From Tubiluchus corallicola (taxonomy: Eukaryota > Animalia > Priapulida), in the NCBI GenBank assembly GCA_030141605.1, contig JAQGDQ010000016.1:1180282-1244281 (forward strand): a stretch of 64,000 bases of DNA, in the 5' to 3' direction. Positions 45,216-59,150 of the stretch are shown here, in pieces; within the stretch, counting starts at the first letter, position 1; each line of letters opens with the position of its first letter. The notes below the pieces were generated by a model that saw only the letters and a list, made by a program, of their open reading frames with translations, was not told the origin of the DNA and did no database searches. The position numbers were made by a program, and so were the translations under genes.

Positions 45216-45394
45216 CGCCTAGTTTAGAGAAACCATTTGTTACTGCATTAAAGTATTTTAAATTTATACAATAAACTTGTTATGGAGCCTTACAGCTGTT
45301 AGGTATTTGGACTAGTTGCTTATTATTTGAAATTTTCGTTTTTCATGTACATGTTAAGTGTGTAGAATATTAAAAAGAATAATCTACGTAATAC

Positions 45395-45852
45395 TTTACA
45401 CACAAAGCTATGTTGTTTATCGTAACCTGCTTGAGAGACTTACGTAAGTAGAAACGAAAATTCTTACTGTAATTTAAAATGCTCGCGCCAACTGGTTAAA
45501 TGTCACTGACTCACCTTCCCAATGTGCACCACTGACTCACAAAAAACGTATTTTTAGTCTTAGTGTGAAGATACAACAATTTATCTTTTTGCTTAATGGT
45601 GAAGTGTGCTCTACGAATGCTCTGACTATTTTTCAAATTCTACGCAATGTTATATAAACTTGTTTCAAACGACTTACTGTCAAAATGGCTGCTCTTAACG
45701 GTCTCATTGCGGAAGGTTAAATTTACAAGTTTTGCACAGCATTGCTTCTAATACAAGCTGTATGAGTTATAAGGCAATACGTAGGTGATACAAAATTTCA
45801 AAACGAATTTTTTTCACCTTTATAAATGTAATGGTTTTTCTTGTGTTTTAAA
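45395..45852 (+). mobile_element. Dispersed repeat family 2, uninterrupted copy
   Basis: Collinear with 21520-22325 and 39810-40250; ends at a TTAA. Confidence 0.75.
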
Positions 45853-46007
45853 TGCACGTTATGCATAAAAGTAAATGAATGGATTTAGGCCGTAACTTTA
45901 CGTACCGAGCTACATGTATAGGTTTTTCCTGTAGAAGGCATGCTGGTGTGACACTTTTCTTCTGGTTAAAGCCGGACATAAATATTCAATTACCTATTTA
46001 TTTTAAT

Positions 46008-46470
46008 GTCATCTCATCTCATCTCACCTCATCTCATCTCATCGCATCTTCTCTCCTCTCCTCTCATTGCATTTCGTCTCACCTCACCTCACCTCAACTC
46101 AACTCACCTCATCTCATCTCAATTTACCTCACTTCATCTCATTTCATCTCATCTGATCTCAACTGATCTCATTTCACCTCACCTCATTTCATCTCATCTC
46201 ATTCCATCTCAACTGATCTCATTTCACCTCACCTCATTTCATCTCATCTCATTCCATCTCAACTGATCTCATTTCACCTCACCTCACCTCATCTCATTTT
46301 ATCTCATCTCACCTCATCTCAACTCATTTCACTTCACCTCACTTCACCTCACTTCATCTCATCTCATCTCATCTCATTTCACCTCACCTCACCTCACCTC
46401 ATCTCATCTCATCTCATCTCATCTCATTTCGTCCCACCTCACCTCACCTCATCTCATCTTGTCTTACCTC
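46008..46470. repeat. (CTCAT/CTCAC)n pentamer microsatellite
   Basis: Direct reading. Confidence 0.95.
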
Positions 46471-49400
46471 AATAGATTTTTTGTACAACGTGTCATAATA
46501 CATACACACATTAAGCAATATAAATTTATATATATAAGCAGAATTAATCAACAAAGAAATATTTTAAAACTTGCTGTTTTGAATTAAATTGGCTCAGAGT
46601 CATTATTGCACTGCGTGGTCTCTGTAAGGAATTAGAGGGGTTTCTGCGGTTCCGTGGATATGCGCATTCATACATATGCAAATTTTGTGATGAAAACTGA
46701 GAGTCTTTGCGGACTATTGCGAGCGCAGTGGATACGCACCCTAAGTTATGCTGATATTATCCTTGAATTATTGGGCCGCATTAAACAGGAAGGCTTGTCC
46801 ACATCACGACATGATTGATCAAGATTATTGACCAAGATTATCATTTTCACAACACTGAAATTACACGGAGCGTGAAACCCTTTGAAATCGAGCAACAATA
46901 CAGCTCCTATCACGCACGGTAATAATTAAAGTGGGAGAGAAGAAATTGGATGAAACATCTCAAACTTCCATCAAGAAAAGTTGAGCATTTCGTCCTTGAG
47001 TCTTGTCAGGTGGTTATTAATCTTCCTGAGCTGATCTCAGTCACAAAAGTGCAATGACAAAATATAGCAATCATTCTGCAAGCGACACCCACACAGTGGT
47101 GGATTTAGGACAGGGCCACTGGGGTTGCTGCTCCGGGGCTTCCACGTAAGAGGGTCCTCCATAATGTGCATATAATCAAGTTCATTTACTACACATTGTT
47201 GACTTTAATTAACTAAATTTATGATAAAACAATAATAACAATCATGACTGACTGACTAGCTGGCTGGCTGGCTGACTGTCTGACTGACAGACTAACTGAC
47301 TGACTGACTCATTGACTCACTCACTCACTGATTTGATTTAACTATTTATTTCGAACTGACTGACTGACGGACTGCCTGCCTGCCTGACTTACTGATTGAC
47401 TAACTAACTAAATGAATGAATGAATGACTTTTTGGATATTTACACATTTTACTTACTTTCTTAGACTTAAGTTAATCAGCCATTAGCGATATGTCATCAA
47501 AGGATTCAAAATTGCTAAAAAATACAATAAAGAGGCGTTTGGCGGACTGTGCTATGAGAGCTTACATCACTCACCCAGATGCTCTATAACCGGTTGCTCT
47601 GGGACGCCTACATTTCTTAATTCAATCTGTGCTCACGAGACGCTAACCAACACCTTACAGAGACAATTTGGGATACCTATTTTTGCATAACGCCGTGACT
47701 GACCTAATGTACAAACTATCGATAATTTGCAGCCATTTTAAACATTAAGGTGCGTCTTAAATACGATAAATAATTCAAAGATGCATTCATCTTAAACCGC
47801 CACCTCCAAATAGTGCACATATTAGAATTAGAATTTCGTGAAGATACAATTGCACTTACTTCTGCTTCCATACACTGCGTGGTCATCTAGAATCTCATTG
47901 ACTTAACACGATGGGTAGATGATAAAAGATATATGTTCGTCCACAAATGCACGTTCTTTACATTTAGCACATGGCTTCATCAGCATTCTTAACTTCTACT
48001 TCAACTAGGTAGCGAAAATGCGATTGGTTGACATTATTAAAGGAATCATGATAGTGAGGTAACTTTTTATTTGCATGTCTATTAAACTTCGTTCATTAGA
48101 AAAACAAATAACCGTTCACAAATACAAATATTATCGATGTATAAACGTTATTTGTACACAGTCCATCTTGGCGCGAGTGAATCATGAGAGTACGCTGCAC
48201 AAAATTACTTGCCTCTGTCGTGGGATAAACTTGTTTCAAAATTGAAGCCAAGTCAAGCTTAACCGGCTTATCACTTGCACTGCCTATTGGTCGCCACTAG
48301 TTAAAGTTGAGTAAACAAACACAAGTTTATAATGTCAGCTAAAACTTTCAGTATGGAGGAAGTTTTTATTCAACAAAAAAACGATTAGCATGTAACAGAA
48401 ATTATTTAGGACAAGTGTACAGCTGAAAATGTATGTATTATGCGAACATCGGATAATTCGTACAAGCGCATCGTTCGTATTAACCGAAGTTATGCTTGTG
48501 CCGCCATAGTCTTTAATTACAGCTTGCATTTCGTGCAGATTTGCTTTTTTGGATACTGCATGTTGTTTCTGATGTGTCATCACGATTGTTTATCATATTA
48601 CAAAAGTTGCTAAACAAGCGCCACCTTGCTGTAACCTTGGGTGTTACGTAAACTTAGCACATAGAAAATTCAGCGCACAAAGGGTTAGAATGACAATGGA
48701 TGTTAAAACGACACCCAATTAGCGTGACACTTGAGACCCAAAACTCAATTACCTGCAGACTAAGTTCAAGTGACAACTCTCAATTAACAGAGGATGTTTT
48801 TAACTTAGAAACGTTTTTTAAAGCTTTTGTTCTGAAATATCTAACACTCTGAGGAGATTTTGTCAGACAATAATATCAGTAATTCGATGAACAGATAATA
48901 AATTTACACTACTGGATGTTGTCTTAATTTACTTTGGCAAAATTTGGCTGTGCACCACAGAGTCCTGTGACAGTGGAAGCTATTACAGCGGTCTCCTCCA
49001 GAAAGGAGAGGAGCGTCATTTCCAGTGAGGGACTTCTCTTATACGAGCATCATAAAGAACATCATTAAAGAAAGCAAGCTGTGCTTCAATAAAAACAAAC
49101 TTTATTAAGAAGACTTGGTCAGAAGTTAGATGCTCAGGTTCGCTTATTTTCGTTTTCTACTCCCGCCCTAGAATCTCTCTTGAATAAGTCCATTTATTTA
49201 CAGCTGTGCTGCAAGACTTACCAGCTGAAAAATCAGAAATCACCAAGACAACATGGTGATTGTGGAAAGTGCTATTTTTGGTGAGATGCGCTCCATGCAT
49301 GGAGGTTAGTGAGACATAGGATGTTTGTAAGAATTAAAAGCGTCTGTAGAACATGTGTTTATCAGTAAGAGATTGCCACTTCATTTTCTGTATACATAAT

Positions 49401-49989
49401 AACACCAAAATTATGTGTTTATTTATATTTACGTAATACAAATTACAGTGATAAAATAATTTCTCAGTTACTAAAGTAAATTATGCATGCAAACTACAGA
49501 CGATATTACGATAAATAAAAAGTTAAAACTGGCTGAAATATATGGTGAAATGTGCCAATATCGTACACGTCGGACAATTCGTTTTAGGCTTTTACAGAAT
49601 ATAACAAGATAGTATAGACACTCTTTTTCCTTCCTTCCTTTTCCACCCTTTCATTAGTAAAAGAGAAGAAAAACAGAGTTTATTCCACTTTGTTATTTTT
49701 GGTACAACCTTGAAGCTCACTGTTCGATATTAGCCCAATATTTTACCCAATATAATTTTATAAAGCATTAAAACGATTCTGCATTAAATTACGGTAAGAT
49801 TAAACAAAGAATAAAAAGAAAATGTGTCTCAAATGTGAGCCCTTTCTTTAGGCCGTCCCTAGCAGAAGTGAATGCTTGACTGAGATTCATTTATTTACAC
49901 TCTATGAATGAATGTCTTTGTGCACGAGTTACAGGAAGCTGTAACTCGTTAAAACGTAAAACGTTAAAAATGAAAACTTTAGAAAACTA

Positions 49990-50893
49990 AATACAATGCA
50001 AAACTACGCACTTAGATTAATTCATGGCTCCTCTAACAAAACTGCTAAACAACATGCTGCTTCTGCAACAAGCTTAAGAGCGTCCGCAAAAATACCAATA
50101 TCAGAAGCCTATCGAGATTACAAAACACTGATATTTCTTTATAAATATATCAATAAACTGAGCATTCCATTTATAAACAATCCCTTAGCATTCATTCCTG
50201 ATACCACTTTAAACAATAGAACACACAATTTAAAGCAAATTACAGTAAACAATAAATTTGGAAATAACTCTATATCAAAACAGGCCATACATTTATGGAA
50301 CTTACTACTCAGTGACATAAAACTAATAGAATCTCTCCACCAATTTAAAAAGAAATTAAAAGAATATCAATATAACAGGTGTCAAGTTCCACATTGTGCA
50401 TCTGATACTAATTACACAGACTCAACTTTCATCTACCCCCGCCCCTGACTCCATAAAACGATTAAAAAAGTAAAATTTTTAAAAAATTATGTAATGTAAT
50501 ACGTGTTACGTCAGTTTTGTAATGTCAAATGTAAAAATAGTGAAAGTAATGAGTTAACATTAACAAAATGTAATGAGTGAAATTTATGTAATGTAAAGCA
50601 TGTTTCTGTTGTGTCATGAAAAATGTATATATGTGTAAAATATGTCATGTAAAATTTAATGTACTTTTGTAATATTGTTTTGTAAAAATATTTTAATATT
50701 GTGTTTGTAAATATGTTCATTTATTGCATATAATTAGGCCTTAGTTTTGCACTTTAGTTTTTTTTTTAGTCTGCACTGGACGCATTTGTCTTGAACAGTG
50801 TTGTTATTTTAACATTACGCTGAGGATTACTCAATTTTATTATAATGAGTGAGCCATTTTAATGACAAATAAAGAATTAATATATATATATAT
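49990..50893 (+). mobile_element. CR1/L2-group LINE 3' portion with 3' UTR and (TA)n tail
   Basis: QNYALRLI...LIFLYKYIN...FGNNSISKQAIHLWNLL..DIKLIESLHQFKKKLK, then an AT-rich UTR, AATAAA and (TA)n. Confidence 0.8.
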
Positions 50894-51981
50894 AAGCCAT
50901 GTGATTTTGGCAATTGTTTTGTTGGAGAAAAATGTTACAAATAATCCGCTTTACGTTCATTTTCTGGTAATCTCTAATAATAGCCTAGGACGCCAAAGTT
51001 TGAGGAGCGTCACGTTTTAGACAAAATTCTTATTCTCCTCGGAAAATGTGCATACTTTCATATTCATGTAAACGGCGCATGTTATAACACACCACAGGCA
51101 GTTACTCATCTCCCCTTCTATATATGTACCACATAACAAACAGATGCAAGGTATTACACAACAAACAGTTGCGCAATTGCACGAATATAAACGCTGTGCA
51201 AATACACATAAATAAGAATGATCACGTAGAAACTAGGTTAATAGTGTTTCTAATACACCACAAGTAATTGTTTAATCTGCTCATTGCATTAACAGCCACA
51301 AATTCACAATAGAGATGGGCAGCACAGAACTAGGGCGTCGCAAAGTCTTGATACGCCCCTGCTAATAGCGCAGGTACTCAACGAAAAAAGTAGTTACTAG
51401 AATAGCAATCTCATGTAAATTATAGAGACATATAAAAACATGCGATAAACTGATTTGAGGAAAGCAGGAATAATGGTGATCTTGTCATGGAACTTGGGAT
51501 ATATAAGAACGCTAACGCTGTTGTTTGAAATTTCCTTAATGTCTGCTGTTCGTGTAACACTGGCGTGGCTCTTTGATATCGATTATTTGCAAGTTACCAC
51601 ATGGACGTGGATCGTCTTGTGTTTTTGTTTGCGGAGTTTTTTTTTGTTTGCTTGCTTCAAATTTTTGCTCACTGTTTGTAAGTTGGTTTTCTTAACTCAA
51701 ATAGCAAATGCTCGTGGCCCAGAACGTTTAAAAAATTTTATGTGAAAAACTACAAAACCAAACGCCAAAAAAATGTTTCACGTATTAAATAACTTGTAAA
51801 TGTGTTTGGGCAACATTCCGGGGATTTTTCCTTGCACAAGTAAGATGCTGGAAAGCAAACACAAGTATACGTAGATGATTTTAAGTTATTTTCATTAATG
51901 GAAATGCGTTCTGCAGGCTTTGCTATTTATTACATGCAGAAATGGGATGTTTTGTGTGTCAGTGCAAAACCAGAGACCTCT

Positions 51982-52552
51982 CTGTTGATGTTGTTGTTGT
52001 TGGCATTTTTCTGTCTCGGAAGACAATGGAGTGTGCGCTAAGAGAGTCAGTTATTGATCACATTGATGGAGCTGCAGCGTCGACTGTGGCTGAGCAGTCC
52101 GATCCTTGAACCACTGGAGTGGCTTCTCCAGGGCGCACGCCTGGGTAAGGTGTATGGAGATCCTGAGTTGCCCAGACAACAGGAACCCCTCTCTTCCTCC
52201 CTGGTGTAGTGCAGAGAAAGCAGAGCGATACGTTTAGTACTAGGTTGACTGCAGGAGGTGCCGGAGTCAGTGAGCATGCTGCATTGGTCCGCCTTCGGGG
52301 CTCCACTCCTGATTTGGAAGGTTTACTCCTCTACACATGGCCGTTGGGTCTCTTGACCTCCTCCGCCCTCTAACCGTTGGCTGCTTGTGCAGCTCCTCCG
52401 CCTAGTGTCGAGATACAGTGTGCGCATCCCGCAAGCCTACAGCACCTGATATTCCTAGGCGGTCACCTATCCAAGTACTAACCAGGCTCTACGTTGTTTA
52501 ACTTCGGTGATCAGACGAGAACCGGTGTTTTCAACGTGATTTCGCCGTAGTC
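51982..52552 (-). mobile_element. 5S rRNA-headed SINE-like element (SINE3 type) with GC-rich body and (CAA)n tail
   Basis: A full 5S head runs without a T-run into ~430 bp of GC-rich body ending in CAACAACAACAACATCAACA. Confidence 0.7.
52433..52552 (-). rRNA. 5S rRNA: 5S rRNA-derived sequence (120 nt), probably a SINE head or pseudogene
   Basis: GACTACGGCGAAATCACGTTGAAAACACCGGTTCTCGTCTGATCACCGAAGTTAAACAACGTAGAGCCTGGTTAGTACTTGGATAGGTGACCGCCTAGGAATATCAGGTGCTGTAGGCTT: clear metazoan 5S with the internal control region; single copy, no oligo-T terminator. Confidence 0.92.
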
Positions 52553-54423
52553 ACAGAGACATATAGAGATCTCTCTATTTCCGTAGCAAAACGTTTGTTT
52601 CTGCGGCAAAACTGTGTGCTAGCCATCTATCGTAAATGTCGAATGAAAATAAAATATTTTTTATGATTTGTTTCTGTTTTTAAAATTTTCTTCATTTTTC
52701 AAACTTTTATAGTCATTTAAAGACTTTACAAGCAAGATTCGATACATTCGAAACGCAGCGTTCAATTTTGTAAAGGTTAATTGGGCCCTGTAAAGCTATT
52801 TGACTTGCAGTGTGTCCACCTCCAGGGAAATTCCTCAGATTGAGATGACATTGACTGAACTAGTCCTATTCGAAATACAGCTACAGGCTGGCCTGTGATT
52901 AGATATGGACACAGGCTATTGTTTCATAGAAATGGCTTCTATTTCGCTCTAAGACGAGTCAATAATTTGAAATGAAAAGGCGAGTTTTGCGCCCTAAAGC
53001 ACAAGTGGGCTTTCAAATTTTATCTCTGCATCCACTCACCGCCCCCTTGTAATTTCAGTAACTCCCTCTTGAGTGAGGCGGGATGTCATTTGGATGAGTA
53101 ATCCTTGACATTCTTACATGAAGTTGCCTCAATTAAATCACCCGTATGTGGAAACTGTACACAAATCCAAGACATATACATACTGCCTACTAAAATTAAA
53201 CGGCTACCTGTATGTAATTAAGTGATCGTCTGCAATTAATTTGTCCACGTTTAATTGCTGACAATCAAGTAATACTCTTACGCTCACGTGTAAAGGGTTC
53301 ACCAAATAATAGGCGACCTCGTACCGGAAAAGACCGTAATAGATTAAAGCCGACAAAACCATGAAAAGAATCACTTAATTCTGAATAAAGAACGTGCACT
53401 TGTTTTAATAACCTATATTGTCGCCATTCGTAGCTCTGGTGGCGACTAATCGACGTCGGGTACACAGTCACCGGAATTTCTCAATGAGACTGCTGTTATG
53501 ACTCATTTCCTCAGCAACTTTGTTGAATTTGTTATTTCTGAGGATAAAAAGTAGGATAAAATTTAGAAAATAGATTACAATATTAGAAAAAACACCGAAA
53601 CATTTATATTATATCTACTTCTAGTTCTAGTAACTTCTGTGCCTAGTGCGTTCAACGTTTCTTGCCCATACCAGTACTTTCAACAATTTAATTCAATTCT
53701 TCTTTGTTTCTGTAAAAGAAATTGCACACAGAGACCCATAGAGAAATTACTGTGGTAAGACTACAGAAACCCACAAGTTGTTCATATATTTAAGACGTCA
53801 GCAAAAATTCAGCCACTGTATGCAGTGATATCTCTCTCACTTAATTTTAACGATGGTGAATACAGGTAATTTCATTACAATTTCTATACAAACTAAAAAC
53901 TGTGAAAGTAAAGAAAACCGGGAAACTGTCATTTGCTCGCAGGACACGTGTCTAATGCGAGTAACGAAATGTGAAGCATTGTTAGTGATGCTTAGTTAGG
54001 CTCATTCAGCTTGACAACAGGAGTTGCGTTGTTTCGTGAGCAAATAAATCCAATTTAGAGGCACTAGAAAGGTCGTTGAAGTCAATCGTCCATCGTGTTT
54101 CATGACCATTGTCAGGCTGCCTACTTTAATGCCGTTTTCATTTCATGTCAATCTTTAATGTCGTAGAAATTTTTACGGCATCTCAAAAAAAAACTTGAGA
54201 ACATTTTACTAACATCTTAAGAAACTGAAGAGTTTCTATTAACTCATCGTAAATGATTTTCGTAACTCATCATAAATAAATAAAATTGCAAGGATGTTTA
54301 CTGGAGAAAGTGATTCGTTTTTGCACCTTCACGGGTCGTACAAATGTGCAAAAATTAAGTAGCTATTTAACCATAAATATTTGTGATCAATTTAATTAAG
54401 AAAAAAAAACAAGCGAAAACTAG

Positions 54424-55035
54424 TTAAAGGAAAACAGGATGATTTTTCACATGCCGCCCTATATTTATAAGTATACAGCAAAAAGTATACCGCATACATT
54501 TTAGCATCTATAATAATGCTAAAGTGTTTGTGATAATAAAATAATAGTTTAAAAACTTAACTGACGGCTGGAGATACCAGCAAGCGATGACGTCAGAACT
54601 GAACACAGTTTTGTAACAGCCAAACATTCAACGAGCTTGATGCAAGTGTTTGCAAAAAACAGAAATGGAAGTATAATGCTACTGTACAACATTGACTGTG
54701 GTACACAAAAAACTTGTCGAATTTATGTTTAAAACTTTAAAACTTAAAACCGCCGTGTTGTCATGCTATTTCACCAAAAAAAGGTAATACGTCAGAACTG
54801 AACAGAGACGTACAGTGCTTGTTTTTTATGCAATGTGTTTTCGAGATGCAGATACTATGTCTATTTAACTACTGTAGCTAATGGCGCATGAACACCGAGC
54901 GCACGCAAAATTAAACTTTGGTGGTAATAATTCTTTTACGTAAGTCACATAAAAAAACAATTATGTGCACTTTTAATATTTTACACATTAGATTACTTTT
55001 AGCTATAGCTTAAGATTGGGTCCTGTCCCCTTTAA
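54424..55035 (+). mobile_element. Kolobok-like element, copy 4 (complete, more diverged)
   Basis: TTAA-AGGAAAACAGGA...TCCTGTCCCCT-TTAA. Confidence 0.75.
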
Positions 55036-55501
55036 GGAAAGAGTTGACAATTCTTTTTTTGTCTCGCTTTAGTGCACTTAGAAACGAAACTACTCATTCA
55101 TGCATTAATTTTAATTTTAACCAAATCTAGGCAGAATATTTTTAAGAATAACATACCGCATTGATAAGATATTATTTGTTCTTGTTGCCATCTTTGTCGT
55201 GGTCGCGGTTGCGACTGCTGCTGCTATTGTTGTTATGTGTTGTTATTTCAAGTAAGCATTCTAGAGAATTCTCTGCCTTGGGACCAGTATGTGATCTCGC
55301 ACATTATGTTAATTATGTAGAAATATCTGTAATCACGAACACGAAGCTAATTAATTACCATGCTGTATGTACCCAATAGAGCTATATTTATTCTGCATCC
55401 TATGTCCATGTATTTTTCAAACAAATTACTGCTTCATGAAATCTTATCATGGATAGTCCTTAAAATCCCTGCGTAAGTTTCTAAAAATCGATCAGAAGAT
55501 A

Positions 55502-55650
55502 AGACAGGACAGGACAGGACAGGACAGGATTGGACAGGACATGGCGGGACAGGACAGGACAGGACAGGACAGGACAGGACAGGACAGGACAGGACAGGGC
55601 AGGGCAGGGCAGGGCAGGGCAGGGCAGGGCAATACAAGATAAGATAAGAT
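55502..55650. repeat. (GGACA)n to (GGGCA)n to (AGATA)n pentamer microsatellite
   Basis: Direct reading; abuts a minus-strand AATAAAGA. Confidence 0.93.
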
Positions 55651-55865
55651 CTTTATTTAAATTCGAGCTTATCTTCTGATCGAAGAGAACTAAATACATC
55701 AAAAACAATGGTGATTATGGTCAGACTGCTCACTCGTGAGAGTACTGTTATTTGGTGTTTCCGTGTGGTTGCACAACAATTTTCTTACTAAAATTTTGAA
55801 ACGTATGTATAGTAGCGTCAGCTTATAGTAGGGGGTGAGCATTCTCTATCAGAAAGCAAAGAAGG

Positions 55866-55938
55866 AGTTTACAATTCCCCACGAAATTTTAAGTACTGTA
55901 ACCCTAGACCTAACATTGTGTGTGGGGAATTGTAAACT
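55866..55938. repeat. Short perfect inverted repeat (tiny MITE-like hairpin)
   Basis: agtttacaattccccac ... gtggggaattgtaaact. Confidence 0.7.
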
Positions 55939-56879
55939 TTAGCCCAAGTGCGAATTCGAATCGAATCAAATTTTTGACTTTCGAAATCGCTCAAACCGAG
56001 TTTCAAAATTTCAAATCCAAATCGAACTCGAAAAAATAGTCTCGCAAAGATCACGCATATTGCTTAATTTTGTACCAAAGCAAAAAAATACTAACAATTT
56101 GGGTAAAAATCGTGCACTGAAATAGCAGCTAAATAATGGAGTTTGCATAACGTTTGAAACGGTTTAATCTTAAGGAACTTTTGTAGTAAAGTGCTGAATT
56201 ACTCAAATCCAAAATTTTAAGTTCGAATAGAATTTGAATTAAAAAACTCGTTCGAACTGAATTCACCCCAAGCTTACAGCGGAAAGCACAGAGTGCTGAT
56301 TACTGTACGACTGGAATTCAGGTTCACATTTACATTTCGTTGTAATAACTATCACATCTGCAACATTTATATTCACTGGCGAACTCTACACGATCACCTC
56401 TATTCATCATGTTGGTAAACTCTTTACCAATAAGTGGTTTCAGTCAATCGCTCATTAAAACAATTCACATTCAGAATACACACCGTCTCCATTGATTGAG
56501 CCACACGAATGCTTTTTCTAGTCACAAATTTGTAACCAAATTTGCCTTGCGAAGAACTGTGGAATGAAAGATGATTCGTTTTGGAAATTTTGTCCATAAA
56601 TGAAATACACGGAAACGGAAGTATGACCGTGTATTTTCACCGTCATTGTTATTCTACGGCGATGGCACACTAGGTGACAGCGTCCGACACCGGACATCAA
56701 GTTTTGGATTAAACGGAAGTGCCAATCGTCCCCCATTATAGATGACTTGATGGATAAGGCAACCCAGTAAATGACTGACTGACAAACTGACTGACTTCTT
56801 TAGCTAGGAACTACATGTGTTGCTGAGGGCTGTTCATTCTTTATTTGGTCGACTGCGTAGTTAACAACTGAATGACGGA

Positions 56880-57030
56880 CTGGTTGACTGGCTGAGTGAG
56901 TGAGTGAGTGACTGACTGACTGACTGACTGACTGACTAACTGATTAACTGGCTAGCTAGCTGCTGACTGATTGACTAGCTGACTGACTGACTGACCGACT
57001 AACCGACCGACCGACCGACCGACAGACTGA
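56880..57030. repeat. (GACT/GAGT/GACC)n tetramer microsatellite
   Basis: Direct reading; a similar tract lies at 47245-47430. Confidence 0.9.
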
Positions 57031-57534
57031 CGCGTGAAAAGAAACAAGAATTTATTCTAGCTTATAGAATGTTTATCATCAAGAATGTTCGATTTCTTCA
57101 TTGACAGATATCTTCTTATTTTGCTTAGGAATTTTCTGACTCTGCCAGTCTTTTTATTATCTAAAACGAATTACATTACTTTTTGCGCGATCCAATTTGC
57201 ACTGAACTACTTTGCTAAAATATTTACGATATAGAAATATTTTAATCGCAATATAAACTGGAGAGGGAGAATATTTAAACGGTAGAGGACAATATCTTGA
57301 CTGAGACAAACGTAAACGGCACGCGTCAAAACTTGTTACAAATTTGCAAGCATTAGATGACAAAATTGACAAACTGAAATTTATCTGTTATATAACCAGT
57401 AGCTACAAGGGTGTCCTTGAAAATGGAAAAACAACAAGTTATACATGGAAGAATTCAATGCTTCAATGTAATTGGTTTGTGCCAGACGGTTTAGTTAGTA
57501 GTAAGGCGTAATGGTGTAATGGGGTAATAATAAT

Positions 57535-57770
<236 letters not shown>

Positions 57771-57899
57771 CTATAATTTCATGCGTTGCAGGTAGAAATT
57801 ACATTAAAAACATTTTGAACGATCGCTTTTTATTTGTTTCTTCAAAATCTCGACTTTCATACTAAGTCTTCACAGGTGACAAACAAATTAGCTCAATGC

Positions 57900-58353
57900 A
57901 AGAGACGTTGTTTTTCTTATATTAGTTTCTAGCAAATGTCTTAGCACAGAAAGTTCTTCGCTGGTACATGCATTTCGCCATTTGCTAGTTAGATGGACGG
58001 AAGCCAATAGCGTCTGCATCTGTGAACACGTTGCAGAAAAAATACAGGCGCCGTATCTCCCGTTTTTAAATTTATAATTTCCCGAGTTTTTTGTGTATTA
58101 CACCGAATGTTGCACTGTACTTCAAGTTTCGCTTTTGCAAACATGTGCAACACGCTCATGGAATGTTTGTGCTGTTGAAAATTATGTTCAATCATGAAAT
58201 CATCACTAGCTGGGCTTGCCAGTCGTTAATTAACTTTTTAACCTATTATTTAATTGCCAGAAATACTTTTGCGTAATTATAGGTGCTAAAGCATATATTT
58301 ACTGCACTTCAAAAAGTGAGGTAGACTGCGAAAAATAATCCTGTTTTCCTTGA
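57900..58353 (-). mobile_element. Kolobok-like element, copy 5 (reverse orientation, partial)
   Basis: Ends tcctgttttcctt, the reverse complement of the family left end; internal motifs are reversed. Confidence 0.7.
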
Positions 58354-59002
58354 CAGAGCGCATTTATTAATTGATTGCAACTTGCAAGCTTTACTTAGCC
58401 CTGTCCTGAAAGCTTCAAATAAACATTTCTTCTCTCATTCAAGCTGATTTCTGTCAATAGCACTACGAATTACATCCTACTGGATTCAATTTAGCAAAGT
58501 TTAATGCCATCTGTTTCTACTTCGCACTGTAATTATGCTGTAAACAGGATTTACTATTGGATTTTACAGTGGACTGTAATGCCTCCTCTAACCATTCCAA
58601 ACCGAGCATGTTGATTCACGTGCACATGTACCCCTCCTTCACAAATCCTACTATACATAAAAATTCGTTGGATTTGTGTTTTCGTTTGGTAAGATTAGAA
58701 AAGTTAAAGGGAAAAATTTGAAACCGTTTTTAGCAAAATTTCTTCATTGTACTGATAAAAATATTCTAGTGGCTTCTTACTAAAACATAAGACCTGGAGC
58801 AAGAGATTTATTACAAACAGGAAAAAAATAGCCACTCAAATGCCATTTATAGGTAGGTAGGTAGGCAGGCAGGCAGGCAGGTAGGTAGGTAGCTAGGTGG
58901 GAGATAGGCAGGCAGGCAGGCAGGTAGGTAGGCAGGTAGGTAGGTAGGCATATTCTGCGTAAAAAGACTTTTTTACATGAAGTTTTTGCTTCACCTTTTG
59001 TT

Positions 59003-59150
59003 GATCATTTATTGCTGCTTCACCGACCACTTTATTTCTGCTTCCTCGGGCATTTTACTACTCCCTCATGGGCCACTTTTTTACTGCTTCATGGACCATT
59101 TTATTGCTGCCTCATGGACCACTTTATTGCTGCATCAAGGACCACTTTGT
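59003..59150. repeat. ~22-bp degenerate tandem repeat (ggaccactttattgctgcctcat)
   Basis: About 6-7 diverged units. Confidence 0.8.

Noticed and set aside
47835-48000. Faint LINE RT-like translation (..LTRWVDD...KCTFLHL)
   Set aside because: Too degenerate to call without a profile search.
52047-52306. Two GC-rich ORFs (76 and 82 aa)
   Set aside because: They lie inside the 5S-headed element; no recognisable protein motifs.
52433-52552. Functional 5S rRNA gene
   Set aside because: Solitary copy with no oligo-T terminator and several departures from the usual metazoan sequence; kept only as 5S-derived.
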